The position numbers and the translations under genes were made by a program. From Gammaproteobacteria bacterium (GTDB taxonomy: Bacteria > Pseudomonadota > Gammaproteobacteria > Legionellales > Legionellaceae), in contig RGPR01000001.1 of the NCBI GenBank assembly GCA_010030245.1, positions 1 through 47,770 on the forward strand: DNA of 47,770 nt, read 5' to 3'. Below are positions 19,146 to 28,532 of this stretch, piece after piece. How positions within the stretch are numbered: position 1 is the stretch's first letter; each line of letters begins with the position of its first letter. The notes beneath the pieces were generated by a model. It did not search any database and was not told where the DNA came from. It worked only from the letters and a program-made list of their open reading frames with translations.

Positions 19146-19339
19146 AATCCAATCCCAAGAAAAAATAGTGTTGCTATTCTAACTGAGAAATTTAAAAAGA
19201 TCCTTACTTAAGATTTTAAGTTCATTTTGAAGCAACTCGGAGTTGTCAAAAAAAACTCATGTCGGTTTTTTTTGTGGCATAATTGTGTTACAATTATATC
19301 TAGATTAATTCAAAATTATTTTGGTTAGGAGTCATTGGT

Positions 19340-20023
19340 ATGTTTAAACCGTTAAGCGCCCATTTAACTTATCTTGCACATCTGCCACTTCAGGCTCTTC
19401 AACACCTAGCTAATTTATCAGAACAAGCAGAGGAAGCAGAGGAAGCAGAATATCATAGAATGACAGGAAGAGCTGTAGCAGCTGTATCTCAACCATTAGC
19501 AGAAGCAGCACCAGCAGCAGAAGCAGCAAAATTAATAGAACCAACACATATCTTTATACTTGCAGGAGTGGTGGCAGTTGGATTCTTTATTTGCGAAAGC
19601 ATAATAAATGCACAATTAAATAAACCCTTAGCAGGGGCTGATCCACTATTGGCAAATGCACCTTTGGCAGGAGCAGCAGATGCAGATGCACCTGCAGAAG
19701 GAGCACTAATAAAGATAGAGACGGCAAAAGGAACAGCAAATGAGGCTGGTTATTTGGGAGATTCAGAAGAAGAAGATGTTTTTTTTGACTGTGAAGAAGA
19801 AGCAGAAGATGATTTTTTTGACTGTGAAGAAGAAGAAGCACCATTAGCTGCAAACACAGGAGGAAATCAAAATCAAACAATTTTGCAAATGATAGTTGCG
19901 TTCTTTTCCAATATATTAAAATTGTTAACTAGCTTTAGCTGGTTTAATCCGAAATTAGTCGCTGGCACAAATGAAAATGCAGCACAAGTTTCATCCTCCA
20001 GCACCTTAATTTCCCTTGCTTGA
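19340..20023 (+). CDS. Orphan low-complexity membrane protein with two tandem FFAT-like motifs (candidate host-targeted effector)
   Basis: AGGAG RBS at 19327-19331; TM segment aa ~71-89; acidic tract DSEEEDVFFDCEEEAEDDFFDCEEEE at aa 141-166; amphipathic helix aa ~181-202. Confidence 0.75.
   Translation: MFKPLSAHLTYLAHLPLQALQHLANLSEQAEEAEEAEYHRMTGRAVAAVSQPLAEAAPAAEAAKLIEPTHIFILAGVVAVGFFICESIINAQLNKPLAGADPLLANAPLAGAADADAPAEGALIKIETAKGTANEAGYLGDSEEEDVFFDCEEEAEDDFFDCEEEEAPLAANTGGNQNQTILQMIVAFFSNILKLLTSFSWFNPKLVAGTNENAAQVSSSSTLISLA
19772..19837 (+). repeat. In-frame 33-bp tandem duplication encoding the two FFAT-like motifs
   Basis: GAAGATGTTTTTTTTGACTGTGAAGAAGAAGCA (19772-19804) versus GAAGATGATTTTTTTGACTGTGAAGAAGAAGAA (19805-19837): 31 of 33 identical. 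Confidence 0.95.
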
Positions 20024-20089
20024 CTCGACTTCATGGCAATGACAAAGGCGCTAGAGCGAGCGCCACCCTCTATTCCTTAATTGAAACCT

Positions 20090-20109
20090 AAAAAACCCAT
20101 CAAGTGGGT
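20090..20109 (-). terminator. Possible minus-strand intrinsic terminator
   Basis: Minus strand reads ACCCA-CTTGA-TGGGT followed by TTTTT; the stem is short. Confidence 0.35.
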
Positions 20110-20186
20110 GTCATTGCATGGCTTAAACATACACTTACCGATATTCATCAAGCTGACACCCTTCAAACTTACAACATTATTCTCTC

Positions 20187-20215
20187 TTGCAGCTTTGATC
20201 TCGAGCCATTATAAT
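20187..20215 (+). promoter_or_regulatory. Sigma70-like promoter for the DotI/IcmL-like gene
   Basis: TTGCAG (20187-20192), 17-nt spacer, TATAAT (20210-20215), 32 nt before the ATG. Confidence 0.55.
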
Positions 20216-20247
20216 TTTTTGTTCAATAGCAACAGCATGAGTATACA

Positions 20248-20766
20248 ATGACTTATAAACGTGTATTTTTTCTTGTCTTAAGCATGTTCACCTCATCAGT
20301 ATTTGCTCAAGCAGACAAGACGAATACACAAAAAATAAACTGCTCAGTCAAATTTCCACAAAGAGAAACGCACCTAAAACAGATGCAATTTATTCGTCAA
20401 TTTGCAAGATACGCAACTCATCTTGCTTTCGTCATACATGATGAGCACAATGATGCGGCATCAGAAATTAAAAAAGCATGTTTTACCAAATCTGGTTGGC
20501 GTCAATATAAGTTAGCTCTTCTTCAATCTGGGAATCTGAACGCCATCAAGCAAGATCGATTACAAACCAGCATGATCTTAGCTGGTGGCATCAAGATTAA
20601 AACCGATAACAAGCATCATCTCTGGAGGCTACATATTCCAATACAGCTCGCGTACCAGAACAGCACAAAGAGAATTAAACAAAATCTTGATGTCTTGATG
20701 TTGCTTACACTAAATACAGATGGACGTTTGGCAGTGATGCAGGTGATAGGGAGGCCCAAATCTTAA
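20248..20766 (+). CDS. DotI/IcmL-family (VirB8-like) type IVB secretion protein paralog with signal peptide
   Basis: CFTKSGWRQYKLALLQSGNLNAIK and WRLHIPIQLAYQN match the FT..GW..F..AL..S.NL.A.K and W....P....YQ pattern of IcmL/DotI periplasmic domains; N-terminal Sec signal ending VFA-Q. Confidence 0.75.
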   Translation: MTYKRVFFLVLSMFTSSVFAQADKTNTQKINCSVKFPQRETHLKQMQFIRQFARYATHLAFVIHDEHNDAASEIKKACFTKSGWRQYKLALLQSGNLNAIKQDRLQTSMILAGGIKIKTDNKHHLWRLHIPIQLAYQNSTKRIKQNLDVLMLLTLNTDGRLAVMQVIGRPKS

Positions 20767-20788
20767 GCCCCCCCTCAAAGATATGATT

Positions 20789-21409
20789 TTAGCGAACAAC
20801 TGGTGGTCTTGATTTAATCCAATCGCCATCACCATCTTCATCGCTATAGGATAAAACAGTAACACGAGTACCAATACGAATAAATTCTTCATTTAACCAT
20901 TTTGCGGCACTTGGTAACACTCTAATGCAACCATGACTTGCATTGGCAAGCGGCACATCATAGGCAGCATGGATGGTATACCCACGGTAGAAATACATAC
21001 AATAAGGCATTTTTGCCCCACCTTCAGTCTCAACGGGATATTCCCCAGAACGACAATCCATCCCATGTTTATTGTAAACTCTGAAGGTTCCGGTCACGGT
21101 CCGACAAGGTTGACCAACATCTTCACACATATCCTTGCCGCCAGAACCACTTCCGGTCATCACACGCTGGCCTTGCTCATCATAAGCAGCCCAAACAAAC
21201 ATTTTAGGATCAAAGACAAATTCACGTTGACCGGTTGCAGGAATGGTCATGGGATAATAATTCCGACCGCGTTTATCTCTCAAATAATGCAAGGTATGAT
21301 GCCGGTATCCATTATCATCAACAATATAGGTTGATTCATCATAATCAATACAAGCATTTAGTGAAACAAGCATGGTGGCAATTAAACCAACTTTTAATAT
21401 ATTTTTCAT
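20789..21409 (-). CDS. L,D-transpeptidase (YkuD family, EnhA-like) lipoprotein
   Basis: Lipobox LNAC; GAKMPYCMYF and IHAA...NASHGCIRV (catalytic His and Cys). Confidence 0.9.
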   Translation of the reverse strand: MKNILKVGLIATMLVSLNACIDYDESTYIVDDNGYRHHTLHYLRDKRGRNYYPMTIPATGQREFVFDPKMFVWAAYDEQGQRVMTGSGSGGKDMCEDVGQPCRTVTGTFRVYNKHGMDCRSGEYPVETEGGAKMPYCMYFYRGYTIHAAYDVPLANASHGCIRVLPSAAKWLNEEFIRIGTRVTVLSYSDEDGDGDWIKSRPPVVR

Positions 21410-21429
21410 GAAGCTAAAATTCCATAGAA

Positions 21430-23106
21430 TTAGTGTTTATGTAATGGTCGATATTTTATTCGTGATGGTGCAGCAGCCTTATCTCCTAAACGGGATTGAC
21501 GATAAGCCTCATAATCAGAGTAACTGCCATCCATAAATAAAACCTCTGAGTTGCCTTCGAACACCAGCATATGGGTGCAAATTCTATCTAAAAACCATCG
21601 ATCATGAGAAACAACAATCGCACAACCAGGGAAAGAAAGCAGCGCCTCCTCCAATGCACGCAAGGTTTCAACATCAAGATCATTACTTGGTTCGTCTAAT
21701 AATAATAAATTCGCCCCTTGAATCAATAACTTTGCCAAATGGACGCGATTTCGCTCACCACCAGACAGATCCCCAACACGTTTTTGTTGATCGGAACCTT
21801 TAAAATTGAACCGGCCAACATAGGCGCGTGATGGCATTTGTACACCACCAATTTGCAATAAATCCATACCACCAGAAATAGTTTGCCAAACCGTTTCATC
21901 ATCTTTTAAATCGTCTCTAAACTGCCCTATATGCGCCAGTTTAACGGTGTCCCCCACACGGACAACACCCGCATCAGGTTGTTCAAGATTGGATAATAAT
22001 TTCAAAAATGTTGATTTACCAGCACCATTGGCACCAATGACTCCAAGAATACCACCTTTTGGTAACGCGAAATTTAATTTATCAAATAATAATTTTTCAC
22101 CATAACTCTTGGAAACATCTTGAATCTCAAGCACTAAATCACCTAAACGCTCACCAGGTGGAATGAAGATTTCATTGGTTTCTTGACGTTTTTGGAAAGT
22201 CTTAGACTGTAATTCTTCAAAACGTGCCAGTCGGGCCTTACTTTTAGCTTGTCGTGCTTTTGGATTGCTTCTGGCCCACTCCAATTCAGCAGACACAGCC
22301 TTATAATGCGCCTGTTCTTGTTTTTTCTCGTGTTCTAATCGCTCATTTTTATACCCTAACCAGGCAGAGTAATTACCCTTGAAAGGAATACCTTCACCGC
22401 GATCAAGCTCTAAAATCCACTCCGCAACATGCTCTAGGAAATAACGATCATGGGTGACAGCGACGACTGTGCCCGTAAATTTCTCTAAATACCGCTCTAA
22501 CCAAGCAACACTTTCAGCATCTAAGTGGTTAGTTGGCTCATCCAGTAACAACATATCAGGATTAGACAATAACAAACGACATAATGCCACACGTCGTCTT
22601 TCACCACCCGACAAGATGCCAATCGACGTATCCCAATCAGGTAAACGTAGCGCATCTGCGGCAATTTCTAATTGCCTCTCTAAATCCCAACCATGGCCCG
22701 CTTCAATCTGATGTTGAAGTTCACCTTGATCATGCAGCAGTTGGTTCATTTCATCATCAGTCATCGGCTCTGCAAAACGCATACTAATGGCTTCAAAGCG
22801 TTTTAGCTTATCAATCATGTCCATCACCGCTTCATGAATCACTTCACGCACTGTTTTGTTCAGATCAAGCTCAGGTTCTTGAGGTAAATAACCAATTTTG
22901 ATACCCGTCTGAGGACGCGCTTCACCCTGGAAATGCGTATCAACACCTGCCATGATTTTTAACAAGGTTGATTTACCTGAGCCATTCAAACCTAAAACAC
23001 CAATTTTGGCACCAGGAAAAAAACTTAATGAAATATCTTTTAAAATATAGCGATTTTGATCAACCACTTTGCTTAATTGATGCAAAGTAAATACGTATTG
23101 AGACAT
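21430..23106 (-). CDS. ettA: Energy-dependent translational throttle protein EttA (ABC-F)
   Basis: SQYVFT start; ILKDISLSFFPGAKIGVLGLNGSGKST, LSGGERRRVALCRLLL, ARQAKSKARL and a second NBD with LSGGERNR. Confidence 0.97.
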   Translation of the reverse strand: MSQYVFTLHQLSKVVDQNRYILKDISLSFFPGAKIGVLGLNGSGKSTLLKIMAGVDTHFQGEARPQTGIKIGYLPQEPELDLNKTVREVIHEAVMDMIDKLKRFEAISMRFAEPMTDDEMNQLLHDQGELQHQIEAGHGWDLERQLEIAADALRLPDWDTSIGILSGGERRRVALCRLLLSNPDMLLLDEPTNHLDAESVAWLERYLEKFTGTVVAVTHDRYFLEHVAEWILELDRGEGIPFKGNYSAWLGYKNERLEHEKKQEQAHYKAVSAELEWARSNPKARQAKSKARLARFEELQSKTFQKRQETNEIFIPPGERLGDLVLEIQDVSKSYGEKLLFDKLNFALPKGGILGVIGANGAGKSTFLKLLSNLEQPDAGVVRVGDTVKLAHIGQFRDDLKDDETVWQTISGGMDLLQIGGVQMPSRAYVGRFNFKGSDQQKRVGDLSGGERNRVHLAKLLIQGANLLLLDEPSNDLDVETLRALEEALLSFPGCAIVVSHDRWFLDRICTHMLVFEGNSEVLFMDGSYSDYEAYRQSRLGDKAAAPSRIKYRPLHKH

Positions 23107-23125
23107 GCAAAATTCCTCTAAAAAC

Positions 23126-24151
23126 TTAAGTCCAATCAATCAAGACTTTGCCACTTTGACCTGACGCCATACACTCGAAAGCATCTTGGTAATTGGCATA
23201 AGAAAATTGATGGGTAATGATAGGCTTCAAATTTAAACCGGATTGTAACATTGCCATCATCTTATACCAAGTATCATACATTTTTCGACCATAGATACCT
23301 TGTATACGAATACACTTAAAAATAATCTGATGCCAATCCACAGGGGCATGTTGAGGAGGGATCCCTAGTAATGCCAAACCTGCACCAGCTTGTAAGTGAT
23401 GAATCATATCAGAAAAAGCCTGAGGATTCCCAGACATTTCCATACCAAACGAAAAACCATAGTTGATATCTAAGGTTTTCATGGCATCAGTGAGCTTTGA
23501 TGTTGCAATATTTAAAGCAATATCTGCGCCCATGGTTTTCGCCAATTCTAGACGATAAGGGTTAACATCTGTGATAACAATGCGTCTTGCACCTGCATGT
23601 CTTGCCACTGCAACCGCCATCATGCCAATGGGACCTGCACCTGTTATCAACACATCTTCACCAACAAGATTAAAACTTAAGGCGGTATGTGTTGCGTTCC
23701 CAAATGGATCCAATATCGCTGACACCTCGTCACTTAACGCATCAGGCAATGAGATAACATTACTTGCCGGCAGTAGCAAATACTCTGCAAAAGCACCATC
23801 AATATTCACACCAATACCTTTCGTATCAGGACACAGGTGCGCGCGGCCGGTGCGACAAAAAAGACATTGACCACAAACCACATGGCCTTCACCTGATACC
23901 CGCTGCCCAATTTGGAATTCACTGACATCTTGGCCAAGCGCAAATATTTTGCCATAGAACTCATGTCCGATGGTCATCGGCACAGGAATGGTTTTCGCTG
24001 CCCACTCATCCCAGTGATAGATATGCATATCGGTACCACAAATTGCTGTTTTTTCAATTTTAACTAAAACATCCTTAGGCCCAACAATTGGAATAGGTTT
24101 ATCAACCATCGTTATTCCTGGCCCCGCAAATTGCTTGACTAAAGCTTTCAT
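23126..24151 (-). CDS. tdh: L-threonine 3-dehydrogenase
   Basis: AICGTD.HIY.WD.W, GHEF, VSGEGH..CG.C..C, DPFGNA.HTALSF and GIYGR.M..TW. Confidence 0.98.
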   Translation of the reverse strand: MKALVKQFAGPGITMVDKPIPIVGPKDVLVKIEKTAICGTDMHIYHWDEWAAKTIPVPMTIGHEFYGKIFALGQDVSEFQIGQRVSGEGHVVCGQCLFCRTGRAHLCPDTKGIGVNIDGAFAEYLLLPASNVISLPDALSDEVSAILDPFGNATHTALSFNLVGEDVLITGAGPIGMMAVAVARHAGARRIVITDVNPYRLELAKTMGADIALNIATSKLTDAMKTLDINYGFSFGMEMSGNPQAFSDMIHHLQAGAGLALLGIPPQHAPVDWHQIIFKCIRIQGIYGRKMYDTWYKMMAMLQSGLNLKPIITHQFSYANYQDAFECMASGQSGKVLIDWT

Positions 24152-24164
24152 CTTAACCTCATAT

Positions 24165-25352
24165 CTAAATCACATTTAATTGTCGACCAACTATGGCAAA
24201 CGCTTCTAAGGCAAATTCTAATTGTTCTTTGTTCAAAGCCGCTGACATTTGTGTACGAATTCGAGCTTGCCCCATAGGCACTACTGGATAAGAAAAACCA
24301 ATCACATATACACCTTGTGCCAACAAAGCTTCAGCCATTTGTTGCGCAAGCTTGGCATCCCCAAGCATGACCGGAATGATTGGATGATTTCCAGCGCGCA
24401 GATTAAACCCTAGCGCTGTTAAACCATTCCGAAAAAAAGCAGTGTTCCACTCAAGTTGCTGCTGCAATTCGCTATTGTCTTGTAACCAGTTCAAGATCTC
24501 AAAACTGGTTTGCGCTATCATGGGCGCTAATGAATTGGAAAATAAATACGGTCTAGATCGCTGCTTTAACCAATCAATAATTGGCTGCTGCGCGGCAATA
24601 TACCCCCCTGATGCACCTCCCAAAGCTTTGCCCAGCGTACCGGTGATGATATCAATTCGGTCTTGAACACCAAATAAACTAGGCGTGCCGCGCCCCTTAT
24701 CGCCAATGAAGCCAACAGCATGAGAGTCATCCACCATAATCATTGCTTGATATTTATCAGCCAAATCACAAATCGCTGGCAAATTGGCAAAAGTACCATC
24801 CATAGAAAAAACGCCATCGGTTGCAATCAGACGAAAGCGCGCATCTTGAGCTTCTTTTAAACAATCCTCAAGGGCGGTCATATCATTATTGGCATAACGG
24901 AATCGTTTGGCCTTTGACAAACGGATGCCATCGATAATGCTTGCATGATTTAAAGCATCACTAATAATCGCATCTTCCTCAGACATCAAGGTTTCAAACA
25001 AACCACCATTGGCATCAAAACAAGAAGAGTACAAAATGGTATCATCCATACCAAGATATTGGCTCAATGCCGCCTCAAGCTTTTTATGAGGGCTTTGCGT
25101 CCCGCAAATAAAACGCACCGACGCCATTCCATACCCATAGGTATCAAGTGCTTTATGCGCTGCTTCAATCACAAAGGGATGAGAAGCCAAACCCAAGTAA
25201 TTATTAGCGCATAAATTAACCACATTTTTAGCACCTACTTCAATTGTTGCTTGTTGAGGACTCAGAATAATTCGCTCTGGTTTCAATAATCCTTGTGCCT
25301 TGATGTCAGCCAAAGCATGTGTTAAAAAATTTAGGTAATTTCCATGCATCAT
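24165..25352 (-). CDS. kbl: 2-amino-3-ketobutyrate CoA ligase (glycine C-acetyltransferase)
   Basis: [53 protein letters not shown] and [15 protein letters not shown] motif; adjacent to tdh. Confidence 0.98.
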   Translation of the reverse strand: MMHGNYLNFLTHALADIKAQGLLKPERIILSPQQATIEVGAKNVVNLCANNYLGLASHPFVIEAAHKALDTYGYGMASVRFICGTQSPHKKLEAALSQYLGMDDTILYSSCFDANGGLFETLMSEEDAIISDALNHASIIDGIRLSKAKRFRYANNDMTALEDCLKEAQDARFRLIATDGVFSMDGTFANLPAICDLADKYQAMIMVDDSHAVGFIGDKGRGTPSLFGVQDRIDIITGTLGKALGGASGGYIAAQQPIIDWLKQRSRPYLFSNSLAPMIAQTSFEILNWLQDNSELQQQLEWNTAFFRNGLTALGFNLRAGNHPIIPVMLGDAKLAQQMAEALLAQGVYVIGFSYPVVPMGQARIRTQMSAALNKEQLEFALEAFAIVGRQLNVI

Positions 25353-25487
25353 TATTATTATATTGGTGAAATTATCAATGAGGATAGCAAAAAATATTTA
25401 AATGTCACGATGAATTTCTTGCGAAATGCTGTATAAAGTTTTACCCTTAAGCATAATTTAATTGATAACGATAAATGGTGTACAAAA

Positions 25488-26141
25488 ATGAGCTTAATTG
25501 AGTCTCGTGTAAATATGATCAAACAGCAGCTGCGAACCAATAATATCTACCAAGATGATATTATATCCTTATTTGAACAATTTCCACGTGCCGAATTTGT
25601 TCCCAGCACATCCCAAGCTTTTGCTTATGCTGATACGCATATCCCCCTTGCCCATGAACAAGTCATGCTAACCCCACTTGAAGAGGCAAAAATCATTCAA
25701 TCAGCTAAATTAGAACCGCATCACACTGTTTTAGAAATAGGTAGTGGCTCAGGTTTTATGACCGCCTTGTTGAGTCAGCTGTGCGCTACAGTATTTTCTA
25801 TCGATTATCATCTCGATTTTGTCGAACAAAGTAGCGCTCATTTGGCCAAGCTTAATATCAAAAACGCGCATATTGAACAAGGTGATGCCATGAACCTCAT
25901 GAATTTACAACAACAAGTTGATGCCATCATCTGCACTTCAGCGATTGAATCCATTCCAGAGGCCTGGATTAAATACTTAAATCCACAAGGCAAGATTTTG
26001 GCACCTTTAGGACTAGATAAAATTCAGCATGCGCAATGGGTTTTCTTTGATCATGGCAAGGTGCAAGGGCATTCATTCGTGTTTTCAAGCAATTTACCTG
26101 CCATGATTGACCCCAACAGACGAGAACATTTCAAATTTTAA
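25488..26141 (+). CDS. pcm: Protein-L-isoaspartate O-methyltransferase
   Basis: R.NMI.QQLR, PR..FVP....AYAD and VLEIGSGSGF; pcm-tolC synteny. Confidence 0.9.
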   Translation: MSLIESRVNMIKQQLRTNNIYQDDIISLFEQFPRAEFVPSTSQAFAYADTHIPLAHEQVMLTPLEEAKIIQSAKLEPHHTVLEIGSGSGFMTALLSQLCATVFSIDYHLDFVEQSSAHLAKLNIKNAHIEQGDAMNLMNLQQQVDAIICTSAIESIPEAWIKYLNPQGKILAPLGLDKIQHAQWVFFDHGKVQGHSFVFSSNLPAMIDPNRREHFKF

Positions 26142-26146
26142 GCATG

Positions 26147-26169
26147 AGGCAGCGCGAGCAGCGCTGCCT
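26147..26169 (+). terminator. GC-rich hairpin after pcm
   Basis: AGGCAGCGC-GAGCA-GCGCTGCCT: perfect 9-bp stem 5 nt after the pcm stop, followed by AATTT. Confidence 0.55.
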
Positions 26170-26298
26170 AATTTAGCGCCACCAATTTCCTGTATTCACC
26201 TTGATTTTAGACTTAATATTTGCTAAATTTTTGTGTCTGATTTTATATTTGAAACAGCCAAAACCATAATGATAGTGGGCATGACACAAGGGATTTTT

Positions 26299-27744
26299 GT
26301 GAATATAAAAAAATTGGGATTATATCTATCTTTAATGCTGATAAGCTGCGTTGTAAAAGCTACCGACCTCTTAGAAACCTACTACGAAGCCTTAGATAAT
26401 GACCCAATATTCAAAAGCGCCTATAGCCAATTTTTAGCAGATTCTCAATCGATTTCCAATGCCTGGTCTACCATGCTTCCCCAACTGACCGTCAACGCCT
26501 TATTTAATCGCGTTTACACTGAAGTTTTGGCAGGTGTCAATATCGATGTCAATCGGACCTATAGCCAAAGCCAATTCAACTTCCAAGCCTCTCAAACTAT
26601 TTTTAACTATAAACTTTGGTCGTTGCTGGAGCAAGCTCGCGTGAATGTGCGCGCATCACTAGCGAATTTTAATGATAACGCCCAAAACTTAATGTTGCGT
26701 TCATCTAAAATGTATTTTGATATTTTGCTTGCCGAGGATAACTTACACACAGCAGAAGTGCAGCGCAATGCCAACAAGCGCCAACTAGAACAAGCACAAG
26801 AACGTTTTAATGTTGGGCTTGACCCCATTACGACTATTTATCAAGCCAAAGCTGCCTATAACCAGTCTATAGCCCTTGTTGTTAGCGCCCAAAATAATTT
26901 AATTGGCGCAAAACAAAATCTTTCAAAACTAACCAATCATACATATAACGCCATTGCAGCTTTAAAAAATAGAGAAATTCCTTTGGTATATCCACAACCA
27001 ATGAATCCTGAAACCTGGGTTAGCACAAGTCTTAAACAAAATTACAAATTGATAGCAAGTCAATATTACTTAGAAGCGTCGAGACAAAACATCAAGGTTC
27101 AGTTTTCAAGCCACCTACCCTACTTTAATCTGTATAGTCAAGGGATTGAAACCCACAACGACGTTTCCGCCCTCAACACCCAAGTTAAAACCAATAGTGT
27201 CGATCAACTGTTTAACCAAATCTTTGTACCTCAATTACAACGCAACGGGGTAGTTGGCGTCAGTGTGTCATTACCTGTGTTTCAAGGCGGACTGGCCGTT
27301 TCCAAAACCAGAGAAGCTGAATTTCAATTCATGAACATGAGCAATCAATTGGAAAATGTCAGACGAGAAGTCATTGCCAATACCAATATTACCTACTATT
27401 CCATTACAACTGGCATCGAAAAAGTCAAAGCTGACCGGGCGACGCTTTCATCACAACGGGTATCTTTGGATAGCATTCAAGAACAATATCAAGTGGGTAC
27501 AAAAACCATCACGGACGTCTTATTCGCTCAACAACAATACTATCAAACCCAATTTCAGTATAATGCGGATCAATACAATTTAATCACGCAAATTTTACAA
27601 CTTAAATATTTAGCTGGTTCGTTAGATGTACGCGATCTGCAAGAAATCAATACATGGCTTGCCACATCTCAAATTAAAGGGCTATCACCAGACGCCCAAA
27701 AAGTGCTTGATACACTCCTGCATCCAAATAAAGTTCTGCCATGA
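26299..27744 (+). CDS. tolC: TolC-family outer membrane channel
   Basis: Signal peptide then DLLETY..AL.NDP; ERFNVGL, LPVFQGG and YQVGTKTITDVL repeats; GTG start at 26299 after AAGGGA. Confidence 0.9.
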   Translation: MNIKKLGLYLSLMLISCVVKATDLLETYYEALDNDPIFKSAYSQFLADSQSISNAWSTMLPQLTVNALFNRVYTEVLAGVNIDVNRTYSQSQFNFQASQTIFNYKLWSLLEQARVNVRASLANFNDNAQNLMLRSSKMYFDILLAEDNLHTAEVQRNANKRQLEQAQERFNVGLDPITTIYQAKAAYNQSIALVVSAQNNLIGAKQNLSKLTNHTYNAIAALKNREIPLVYPQPMNPETWVSTSLKQNYKLIASQYYLEASRQNIKVQFSSHLPYFNLYSQGIETHNDVSALNTQVKTNSVDQLFNQIFVPQLQRNGVVGVSVSLPVFQGGLAVSKTREAEFQFMNMSNQLENVRREVIANTNITYYSITTGIEKVKADRATLSSQRVSLDSIQEQYQVGTKTITDVLFAQQQYYQTQFQYNADQYNLITQILQLKYLAGSLDVRDLQEINTWLATSQIKGLSPDAQKVLDTLLHPNKVLP

Positions 27745-28532
27745 TTATTCTCTTAATCATGATTGGCATTATTGTTGGCATATGCTCTGGCTTAACCGGC
27801 TTAGGTGGTGGTCTCTTTTTAATTCCAACCCTGCTGTGGTGCTTCAAATATCAAGGCATATTGACAAGCCATGCGATGCAAATAGCAAGCAATACCTCTC
27901 TTGCCATTTTATGTTGTACCACCCTCGTTAATAGCTATCAATACCATAAAAATAAACTCATCGATTGGCAAATGGTTAAATCATTTTTACCAGGTTTAGT
28001 CATTGGCATTGGATGCGGCAGCATAGTGGCGAACATTCTAGATACACATGCCCTTGAACAAAGCTTCGGCTTGTTTTTATTACTGATTGTTTTACATCTT
28101 TTATGGCCGCAAAAAAAACAGCAACACAAACACAAAAGCCCAAAACATATCATTTATTTGGCCAGTATCATTACGGGTTTTTTAGCGCCAATGTTTGGAA
28201 TTGGCGGAGGCATATTAATGATCCCATTTTTTCATGCCCAAGGCCTCATCTTACTTGAAGCGATTGGTAGCTCAGTTTTTTGCTTATTACCCATCAGCAT
28301 CATTAGCCTGACAGCAAATACCCTCATAGGCTATCTCAATCATACCTTACCATTTGCGTCAGTTAATACCTTAGGCTACCTTTACTGGCCTGGTCTTTTA
28401 TATATAGCGCCAATGAGCATGTTATCAGCACCCATTGGCATAAAAGCTGCGACAAAAGCAAATCCCCAGTTCATCAAGAGCATGTTGGCATGCATCATCT
28501 TACTCACTGCTATCCAGTTATTAAGGGGCTAA
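27741..28532 (+). CDS. TauE/SafE (sulfite exporter) family membrane protein
   Basis: Two repeats, GLTGLGGG.F.IP and MFGIGGG.L.IP, plus GYLYWP...AP.G; highly hydrophobic. Confidence 0.9.
   Translation: MIILLIMIGIIVGICSGLTGLGGGLFLIPTLLWCFKYQGILTSHAMQIASNTSLAILCCTTLVNSYQYHKNKLIDWQMVKSFLPGLVIGIGCGSIVANILDTHALEQSFGLFLLLIVLHLLWPQKKQQHKHKSPKHIIYLASIITGFLAPMFGIGGGILMIPFFHAQGLILLEAIGSSVFCLLPISIISLTANTLIGYLNHTLPFASVNTLGYLYWPGLLYIAPMSMLSAPIGIKAATKANPQFIKSMLACIILLTAIQLLRG

Noticed and set aside
19184..19197. TGAGAAATTTAAAA as a LetA box preceding an Rsm sRNA
   Set aside because: The right half does not match TNAGAAATTTCTNA and there is no GGA-repeat sRNA downstream.
19427..19837. Short repeats in the FFAT gene as a CRISPR array
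   Set aside because: They are in-frame coding repeats without unique spacers; no CRISPR array or cas gene is seen in the window.
20024..20170. 6S RNA or a known riboswitch
   Set aside because: The short 6S-like words lie on opposite strands and no riboswitch consensus could be matched; kept only as an unassigned structured region.
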